A stretch of 32,630 nt of DNA, from positions 1 through 32,630 of the forward strand of contig JAFGND010000041.1 in NCBI GenBank assembly GCA_016927185.1. Direction: 5' to 3'. Positions 9,648-17,700 of this stretch are shown here, piece by piece. Under the pieces are notes generated by a model. That model did not search any database, was not told the origin of the DNA, and saw nothing but the letters and a program-made list of their open reading frames with translations. The stretch's first letter is position 1. Each line of letters opens with the position of its first letter. Source of the DNA: Candidatus Coatesbacteria bacterium. Its GTDB lineage: Bacteria; JAFGND01. A program made the position numbers and the translations under genes.

Positions 9648-10825
9648 CGTTTCAACTCCTTTACAAGTGCAGGAACTACCTGGAACAAGTCACCAACTAT
9701 ACCTATTGTTGCAACATTGAATATGGGAGCATCAGGATCCTTGTTTATTGCAACAATCACATCAGAGGAACTCATACCAGCAAGGTGCTGAATTGCTCCT
9801 GAAATACCGCAAGCTATATACAACTTGGGACATACAGTCTTGCCAGTCTGCCCTACCTGGTGACTGTATGGTATCCATCCTGCATCTACGGCAGCTCTGG
9901 AAGCTCCCACTGCAGCACCTATTTCCCTTGCAAGTTCCTCAATCACCTTGAAATTCTCAGGACAGCCGATACCTCTACCTCCGCTTACAATTATATCTGC
10001 TTCAGTAATATTAACGGTATCCATTATCTCAGCAACAAAAGACTTGAAATCAGTATGTATATTCTCCCTTGAAAATTCATGTTTTATCCTTATTATCTCA
10101 CCTGAAAGAGAATCTCTTCTTGTTGCAGGTTTCATTACCTTGGGACGGACTGTAGCCATCTGAGGTCTGTAATTTCTGCAGATAATTGTTGCCATTATGT
10201 TCCCCCCAAAAGCCGGTCTGGTCTGCTCAAGCAATCCTTCATCAGTTATATTCAAGCCTGTACAATCGGCAGTGAGACCTGTCCTGATTTTTGCTGCAAC
10301 ACGAGACATGAAACTTCTTCCTATTGTCGTAGCTCCTGCAAGAATTATGCTTGGTTTCAGTTCCTTGACTATCTTTTCCAGGCATTCCGCATATGGTTCA
10401 TCCTGAAACTCTTCAAGCAGTGGATCATCAATTACATAAATGCTGTCCAGTCCGTAATGCTGAAGTTCTTCAACCAGCTTGTCAGTATTATACCCAACAA
10501 GGACTACTGATAATGGTTCATTCAATTTCTCTTTCAGTTTCAGTCCCTCTCCAATAAGTTCAATGACAACCCCGGCAAGTCTGCCATGTCTTTGTTCTCC
10601 AAAAACCCATATCCCGTTTGAAAACGGTTTTTCGCTTGTGATGAGTGCTTCCTGTTTATCCATCTGTATTGCCTCAACAGGGCATACTTCAACACAAGCT
10701 CCACATAATGTGCATGTATTGAGATCTATTTCCGCTTTTTCATTACATAGAGAAATCGCAGAAAAAGGACAGGCATCTATGCATACTGAGCAACCGGTAC
10801 AAGTTTCAAGTATTTTAATACCCAA
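9635..10825 (-). CDS. etfA: Electron transfer flavoprotein alpha subunit with N-terminal 2x[4Fe-4S] ferredoxin domain
   Basis: CTGCSVCIDACP and CTLCGACVEVCP ferredoxin motifs; GLTADCT, TRPAFGGN, PQMATVRP, IIVSGGRG, GASRAAVDAGW, QVGQTGKTV, GISGAIQH, AINKD. Confidence 0.95.
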   Translation of the reverse strand: MGIKILETCTGCSVCIDACPFSAISLCNEKAEIDLNTCTLCGACVEVCPVEAIQMDKQEALITSEKPFSNGIWVFGEQRHGRLAGVVIELIGEGLKLKEKLNEPLSVVLVGYNTDKLVEELQHYGLDSIYVIDDPLLEEFQDEPYAECLEKIVKELKPSIILAGATTIGRSFMSRVAAKIRTGLTADCTGLNITDEGLLEQTRPAFGGNIMATIICRNYRPQMATVRPKVMKPATRRDSLSGEIIRIKHEFSRENIHTDFKSFVAEIMDTVNITEADIIVSGGRGIGCPENFKVIEELAREIGAAVGASRAAVDAGWIPYSHQVGQTGKTVCPKLYIACGISGAIQHLAGMSSSDVIVAINKDPDAPIFNVATIGIVGDLFQVVPALVKELKRCRS

Positions 10826-10835
10826 TTTTTCCTCC

Positions 10836-11627
10836 TTAGAATATCTTCAGCTCAAGCAGCTTTTGAGCCAGGGCTGGAACTACTTCCTCCACTTCTCCCT
10901 TCAATATTTCTCCTCCTTCTCTCTTGGGAGGAGTAAATATCCTGATAACCTTTGTCGGACTTCCATTCTGACCTATATCATCTCTTGAAAGATTAAGGTC
11001 ATCTGCTTTCAAGGTGGGAATCTCAGCTTTCTTTGCCCTGAGCTTTCCCTTAAGGCTTTCAAGTCTTGGTTCATTTATTTCCTTTACAACAGTAATCAGG
11101 CAAGGAATATCCATTGAAAGGACGTCATATCCATCTTCCATAAGTCTTTCAACAACAATCTTGTCATTCCCTATTTCCTCTATCTTCCTGACGCTTGAAA
11201 TATGCGGAATACCAAGCATTGCAGCTATACCAGGTCCTACCTGAGCAGTATCTCCGTCTATTGCCTGTTTGCCGCATATTACTAAATCGAAATTGCCAAT
11301 ATATCTTATTGCTGAAGAAAGTGAATATCCTGTTGCCCATGTATCAGAACCTGCAAATGCTGCATCGCAGATCAGGTATGCATTGTCTATTCCCATTGCA
11401 AGGGCTAGCCTTAAAGCCTTGTCGGCCTGGGGTGGCCCCATAGTAATCACTGTTGTAGTTACATCAGGTATTCTCTCTTTTATTCTCAATGCTTCCTCTA
11501 TTGCATTCATGTCAAAAGGATTTACAATAGATGCACCTTCTCTCCTTAATGTCCCTGTTTCAGGATCAATGGTTGCAGCACCTGATTCAGGATCTGGTAC
11601 CTGCTTTATGGGAACTATTATATGCAT
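10836..11627 (-). CDS. etfB: Electron transfer flavoprotein beta subunit
   Basis: IKQVPD, NPFDMNAIEEAL, MGPPQA, FAGSDTWAT, CGKQAIDGDTAQVGP, INEPR, GSPTKV; SD AGGAGG upstream. Confidence 0.95.
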   Translation of the reverse strand: MHIIVPIKQVPDPESGAATIDPETGTLRREGASIVNPFDMNAIEEALRIKERIPDVTTTVITMGPPQADKALRLALAMGIDNAYLICDAAFAGSDTWATGYSLSSAIRYIGNFDLVICGKQAIDGDTAQVGPGIAAMLGIPHISSVRKIEEIGNDKIVVERLMEDGYDVLSMDIPCLITVVKEINEPRLESLKGKLRAKKAEIPTLKADDLNLSRDDIGQNGSPTKVIRIFTPPKREGGEILKGEVEEVVPALAQKLLELKIF

Positions 11628-11636
11628 TATTTCCTC

Positions 11637-12806
11637 CTATTTCCTCTTTGCAAGGCTTTTTATAAGCTCTGATGCAATAACATTTCTCTGTATCTGGTTA
11701 GTCCCTTCATAAATCTGCGTTATCTTTGCATCACGCATATATTTTTCAAGTGGATATTCTTTCATGTATCCATATCCTCCCATTATCTGAATTGCATCTG
11801 TTGTAACCTTCATGGCAGTATCACTTGAAAGTGTCTTGCACATTGCAGAGTATATGGATATATCCTTTGAGCCACTATCCACAAGTTTTGCAGTATTATA
11901 GACAAGCATTCTTGATGCCTCAATGGCAGTTGCCATGTCAGCAAGCATGTGCTGGATTGCCTGGAAACTGCTTATTGGAACACCGAATTGATGCCTTTCA
12001 TGACTGTATTTGAGAGATTCCTCGAATGCTCCCTGGGCTATACCTACTGCCTGGGCTCCAATACCTGGTCTTGTCCTGTCAAATGTCTGCATTGTTACTA
12101 TGAATCCAAAGCCCTCTCTTGACAAAAGCTGGCTTTTATGTATCCTGCAATCCTGAAAGACAAGCTCTCTTGTAGCACTTGATCGTATTCCAAGCTTGTT
12201 TTCCTTCTTTCCGAAATCAAAACCCGCAGTTCCCTTGTCAACTATGAATGCTGATGCTCCCCTTGCCCCTTTAGTTTTGTCTGTCATTGCAATAACTGTA
12301 TATATCTCAGCTTCACCACCGTTTGTTATCCATTGCTTTGTTCCATTCAGTATATAATAATCCCCGTCTTTTCTTGCAGTTGTCTTTATGCTCCCTGCAT
12401 CTGAACCAGCATCAGGTTCGGTAAGACCGAAAGCTGCAAGTTTTGCCCCTGAAGCGATATCAGGTAAATACTTCTTCTTCTGTTCATCTGATCCAAGAAG
12501 CAGTATAGGAAAAGCACCAAGTGCGGATGCAGCATAACTGACTGCTATTCCTCCGCATATCCTTGACAGTTCCTCTGTTACAAGGCATAGTTCCATGCAG
12601 CCTCCCCCAAAACCGCCATATTCCTCAGGAATATAGAGACCGAACATGTCACTGTCAGCAAGAATTTTCATTATATCCCATGGAAACTTTCCCTCTTCAT
12701 CATATTGGGCTCTTACTGGCTTGACTTTTTCTTCTGCTATCTTTCTGGCCAGATCCCTTATTTCCTTCTGAGTGTCGTTAAGCATAAGATCAAGTAGAGA
12801 ACTCAC
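11637..12806 (-). CDS. Acyl-CoA dehydrogenase (butyryl-CoA dehydrogenase-like)
   Basis: PEEYGG, FGLTEPDAGSDA, LNGTKQWITNG, KLGIRSS, FQAIQHMLADM, GGYGYMKEYP, IYEGTNQIQR (catalytic Glu). GTG start with TAAGGAGG SD. Confidence 0.93.
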   Translation of the reverse strand: MSSLLDLMLNDTQKEIRDLARKIAEEKVKPVRAQYDEEGKFPWDIMKILADSDMFGLYIPEEYGGFGGGCMELCLVTEELSRICGGIAVSYAASALGAFPILLLGSDEQKKKYLPDIASGAKLAAFGLTEPDAGSDAGSIKTTARKDGDYYILNGTKQWITNGGEAEIYTVIAMTDKTKGARGASAFIVDKGTAGFDFGKKENKLGIRSSATRELVFQDCRIHKSQLLSREGFGFIVTMQTFDRTRPGIGAQAVGIAQGAFEESLKYSHERHQFGVPISSFQAIQHMLADMATAIEASRMLVYNTAKLVDSGSKDISIYSAMCKTLSSDTAMKVTTDAIQIMGGYGYMKEYPLEKYMRDAKITQIYEGTNQIQRNVIASELIKSLAKRK

Positions 12807-12983
12807 CTAAAACCTCCTTACTCAATATATTGAAATCTCATGTCATGATTTAATACAAAGAAGCGATACTGTAATATATTAGATTACGTCAAGTGAATAT
12901 AGTTTTTTTCAAGAAAATGCTAGTGATATCACTCTTTTTCAAATATATATTGACTTTTTTCAATAATATTAAAACTATTTTAT

Positions 12984-13454
12984 ATGCTTGAACATTTAAG
13001 ATCACGACCTCTGATAGCAGTTATCGGTGCCTCAAAAGCATCAAGGGAAGGAATGAAACTGGCTGAGGAGACTGGACATTTGATAGCAGAGAATGGCTGT
13101 GTCCTGCTTTGCGGTGGAATGGATGGTATAATGCTTCATGCAGCCAAAGGAGCATTCAAGGCAGGAGGATTGACAGTTGGAATACTGCCAGGACTTGAGC
13201 ATTCTGCAGCAAACAAGTATATACAGCTTGCTCTTCCAACAGGGCTGGGACATATCAGGAATGCCCTGCTAGTAACCATGGCTCAAGCTGTCATCGCTAT
13301 AGAAGGTGGATTCGGAACATTAAGCGAAATCTCTTTTTCACAATTAAGGCTCAAGCCTTTAGCGCTACTCAGAAGCTGGCCTGACATAAGAGAGCTTGAT
13401 CTATTCAGAGTAGATACTCCAAAAGAGGCAATGGAAAAAGTATTGATTTTATGA
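12984..13454 (+). CDS. TIGR00725-like Rossmann-fold protein (LOG/SLOG superfamily)
   Basis: IAVIG, LLCGGMDGIM, GGLTVGILPG, TGLGHIRN, EGGFGTLSEI (LOG-type xGGxGTxxE motif). Confidence 0.88.
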   Translation: MLEHLRSRPLIAVIGASKASREGMKLAEETGHLIAENGCVLLCGGMDGIMLHAAKGAFKAGGLTVGILPGLEHSAANKYIQLALPTGLGHIRNALLVTMAQAVIAIEGGFGTLSEISFSQLRLKPLALLRSWPDIRELDLFRVDTPKEAMEKVLIL

Positions 13455-13723
13455 AAGTCTGCAAGTACAGCATATCAGGACGAGTTCAGGGAGTCGGATT
13501 CAGGTATTTTACTTATGGAATTGCAGCTAAAAACGAAATTTACGGTTATGTAAGGAACATGGAGGATGGAACAGTTGAAGTAGTTGCCCAGGGTGAAGAT
13601 GAAAAGATTTCAAACTTCGAGCGGGAACTTTTTCAAGGTCCTAGATGGTCTTTCATTCAGGAAATGAAAAAAGAGACAATTGAAATCGATACTCCTTATG
13701 AGAGTTTCAGGATAACTTACTGA
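13451..13723 (+). CDS. acyP: Acylphosphatase
   Basis: GRVQGVGFRY phosphate-binding loop, GYVRNMEDGTVE with catalytic Asn, 90 aa; ATGA overlap with the upstream gene. Confidence 0.93.
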   Translation: MKVCKYSISGRVQGVGFRYFTYGIAAKNEIYGYVRNMEDGTVEVVAQGEDEKISNFERELFQGPRWSFIQEMKKETIEIDTPYESFRITY

Positions 13724-13735
13724 ATTCTTGCAAAT

Positions 13736-14779
13736 TCAGTTCTTGAACCATTCCATAAAATCCTTGAATTCATCGAGAAACTCATCATCTATTTCCAAAA
13801 TCTCTCTGCAACTGCTATCAATGAATATCTTTATATCTCTTGCTGCAATCAATGATGAGTTTTCCCTTATTTCAGACTTGAATGAATCTGCAGTTCTGTG
13901 GAAGATTTTCTTCCAGTAATTGTCAGATACTTTATTGTTTATATATGCTTTCAAATCAGAATCCTGGAAGGAGATTCTTTGTGGAGAAACTTCTATCCCC
14001 CATTTCAGGAACAGGTTTGCTTCATGAATATTGGAAGCAGTAGTCAGGAATTTCAGAGTGACATGGATTCTTCTTCTTTTAATAAGCTCCATTGCGAACA
14101 ATTTGGATCTCTCTATTTCAAGTCCCATTGTCTTTTTGTATGTCTCTGACTGGTAACCGACAAATGAAATCCATACATCGTTGAACAGTTCCTCAGTCTT
14201 ATCAACATACGACATATCATGATTCCCGTTTGTAAGCAATCCGATCTCCATTGAGGGGAACAATTTCCTTATTTCTTCAAGCCATTTTACAGTCTTTTTC
14301 TGAATAAAAATCTCTCCTCCCTGAATAGAGAGCCTTCTGGGCTTGTACAGAATAATCAGATCCTTCATTTCCTTGTAATATTCATATGGTTTTTTCAGAT
14401 ATGGAGCCCTCACTCCGCACATTGCGCAATTACCGTTACAGAGAAGCGAGAACTCGATGTTGAAAAGATCATAATCTGGACTTTCATTCCTTCGAGCTTT
14501 TCTCAATCTGTATCTCTCACAATAGCACTTTGCATCGAAATCTGCTATTTTTTTTAACAAATCTTTGTCTCTGAGATTTGCAATTTTCATGTTCCTCCTG
14601 CCCCATGTAAGGCAGCATGGAAAAATATCACCATCATGATTTGGAAATAATTCATGAAAATGACAAGCCCTCTCCATGAGGGTTTTATCATGCATCTTTT
14701 TCCTGAAATGGATAGCTGATTCAATGCGTTTTTTTATCTTGAAAAGGACAGGTGGAATGAAATCCTTTTTTTCGACCAT
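13736..14779 (-). CDS. Radical SAM protein with N-terminal SPASM/twitch-like Cys-rich module
   Basis: CNGNCAMC (C114/C118/C121), SIQGGEIF, LLTNG, WISF. N-terminal C39...DGDIFPCC(55-56)...IANL...CYC(85-87). Confidence 0.82.
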   Translation of the reverse strand: MVEKKDFIPPVLFKIKKRIESAIHFRKKMHDKTLMERACHFHELFPNHDGDIFPCCLTWGRRNMKIANLRDKDLLKKIADFDAKCYCERYRLRKARRNESPDYDLFNIEFSLLCNGNCAMCGVRAPYLKKPYEYYKEMKDLIILYKPRRLSIQGGEIFIQKKTVKWLEEIRKLFPSMEIGLLTNGNHDMSYVDKTEELFNDVWISFVGYQSETYKKTMGLEIERSKLFAMELIKRRRIHVTLKFLTTASNIHEANLFLKWGIEVSPQRISFQDSDLKAYINNKVSDNYWKKIFHRTADSFKSEIRENSSLIAARDIKIFIDSSCREILEIDDEFLDEFKDFMEWFKN

Positions 14780-14789
14780 ATAGACGACC

Positions 14790-17700
14790 TTATTCTATTC
14801 CAAGCTCCCTGAATACTTTTTCAACTTCCCTTATTTCTATTGACAGACCTGTCTTTTTTGCTATTTGCCTTGCCTTGTCAAGTTCAATCTTCGCAGCAGT
14901 TTTCTTGCCCTTCTTGTAATTATATCTGGCATGTTCAACTAATGCAAGCACATAATTACTATAGTAATCCTCTTTTTCAAGTATTTTCAATGCATAATTG
15001 AAATAAGGTTCTGGTGATATTCCCAATCCCATTTTCTCAGACAATACATTAGCAAAATTTCTATTTTCGTCATTTTCATTTTCTTCTATTTTAGACAGGA
15101 TTATCGCAATAGTCATATGAAAGCTGCCATCAATATGCTTGTTTTTAACTTCCTTCATCATTTCTATTAATTCCATTATTATTTTGAAAGCTTCCCTGAT
15201 TTCATTAATTTTCAAATTGGTAATAGCTATTTCAATTAAATCAAGCACATAATCCTTATTCAAACCTATCTTCCTGTTAATTTCTGCCGCTCTCTTGAAA
15301 TAGTGAATCACCTGTCTGTAATCGCTTTTATCTTTGTATATAATACCAATATTTTTGTTGGTATTCCTTACCCCTTTCAAATCATCTATTTCTTCCTTGA
15401 TTTTCAGGGATTTTATGAAATGATCTAATGCTTTTTCATATTCTGATTTATCTGTATAATAAATTCCCAGGTTATTATATAAATTTGCAAGCCCTCTTAC
15501 ATTTCCTATTTCTTCATTTATATCCAGTGCTTTGTAAAGATAATCCACTCCTTTCTTATCATCATCTTTATGAATCAAAATTGCTCCCAAGATATTGTAA
15601 AAATGAGCTAATCTGGTTTTATTTCCTAATTCTTCCATTATATCAAGTGCCTTTATTGCATTCTCATATGATTTTTCTATTTCCTGCTTCTTGAAGTAAA
15701 CAGTAGCAATATTCTCATATGCTGAACCAATATATTCCCTGATATTGTGTTTAATGCTTAAAACTAATGCCTTGTAATTGTATACTTGTGCTTTCTCGTA
15801 ATCTCTTTTTATTTCATAAATAGTTCCAATATTAATAAAAACTTGAGCCATGCCAGTAAAATCATTAAGTTTTTCTGCCAGGAGTAAAGCTGCATTGGAA
15901 TTTTCCATGGAAGCATCAAAATTAGATATTCCTGAATACAGAATACCCAATAATTTCCTGGCATTCAGCATTTTTTTCTTGTCATTCATTTTTTCAGCCA
16001 GTAACAGACTCTTTTCAGCATTTTCTATCCCTTCAAGATACTTGCCTATATTTCTTAAAACCTTTGCTTTTCCAATTAATCCTTCAAGTAATGCTACTTC
16101 ATTATCACTTGTATAAGCAATAAGCTTGTCATACAAGCTCAAGGCTTCGTCATTCTTGTAATTTTCACTTGCATAATCAGCAGCTTTCATCAAGTAATCT
16201 ATTGTCTTATCCATAACCTCAGATTTTTCAAAGTGATAAGCAATATCCTTGTAATGCTCAACCAAATTCTCTCTGTAGATAATTTCCATCACTTCAGCAG
16301 CTAATTTATGAAGCTCCCTCAACCTGCCTTTAAGTTGCATCTGATATACACTATCCCTTATGAGAGCATGCTTGAAAATATATTTAAGCTCTGTTACCTT
16401 GCTCCATATATTCTCTTTCTCTCCTTCGCATAGGTTCTTCAATACATCATGATTCTTGAGCATTTCATTTAATACATTGACTATGACTTCCATTCCCAGT
16501 ACAGATGCAGTCTTGACAGCCTCCTTTAAATCAGTTTCAAGCCTGTCTATTCTTGCTATAATTATTTCATTTATGTTTGATGGAATATCTATATCCTGCT
16601 TCCTCAGGTTATAGCTTTCATCAAGAAGATGATTTTCCTTTAGATATAATACAAGCTGTTCTATATAAAAAGGATTGCCTCCACACTGATTTTGTATGTA
16701 TTTGACTGCTCCATATTCCAGATTATCTCTGGCAATCTCAGCATTTTCAGTGAGTCTTGATATTATCAAGGCTTTTGCCATGCTTTCATCAAGACTGTCA
16801 AGTGATATGGCTTCCTCTTTTACATCATTCAATCCGAAACTGAACAGGGAGCCGTCATCATTATATCTGCATGCAGCAATTATCATGAAAGGGAAATCAT
16901 CGACATTTCTTGTAAGCACTTCAAGGATTTTTTTGGTATCATTGTCTATCCAGTGCCCATCTTCAAGCTCGATTATTACTGGCTTCAGTTTGCTTTCAGC
17001 CTTGATAAGGTTTTTTACCGTATACAGGATGTTCTCATATCTTTCCTTCGCATCAATTTTCTCGAAAAGTGAATCTTTCTCCTGTATCTCCAGCAAACCT
17101 TCCAGAAATGATTTTGTCCTTAAAAGCTCCTTCTTTATATCGAAATCCTTTGTTGCATTGAACAAGTAATCAAATCTTTCACTGAAAAGCATCCTGTTTT
17201 TTTCGTAAGTTTCATTCTCTTTCTGATTGAAATAGGAAGACAGGAAGCTGACAACCGGATTGAAGCTCTTTCTTAGAATTCCATCGCATGGCATAAACAT
17301 CCATGTATACCTGTCATCAAGTCTCTGCTTCAACTCTAAAATGAGTCTGCTCTTGCCCATCCCTGCCTGTCCATCAACATATACAATTCCACCGAATTTA
17401 TTGTCATCTATCACTTTAACGAACTCAAGAAGTTTTTTTAAATATTCTTCCCTTCCGATGAAAGTTCCTTTTGCATCAATTGTAATGCATAACTCCTTCT
17501 TGCCAGATAGCTTATAGGCAGGAATGCTTGCAACAAATCCCTTGAGCATCTTATCTTCAAGATATTCAACATAATAGCTGCTTTTTACATGGTTGTAAGT
17601 ATGCTTGTCTATATAGATTTCATAAGGTTGTGCAGCAAGAGCTAATCTTGCAGACAGGTTCACTCCCATTCCTATTATGGTATATTCGCATCTCCTCTTG

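Noticed and set aside
12807..12983. Rex operator upstream of the Bcd-Etf operon
   Set aside because: The palindromes do not fit the TTGTGAA-N4-TTCACAA consensus or spacing.
13736..14779. Radical SAM gene as a prokaryotic viperin
   Set aside because: It lacks the viperin-like CNYxCxFC and GGEP context (it has CNGNCAMC and GGEI) and carries an extra N-terminal Cys module.
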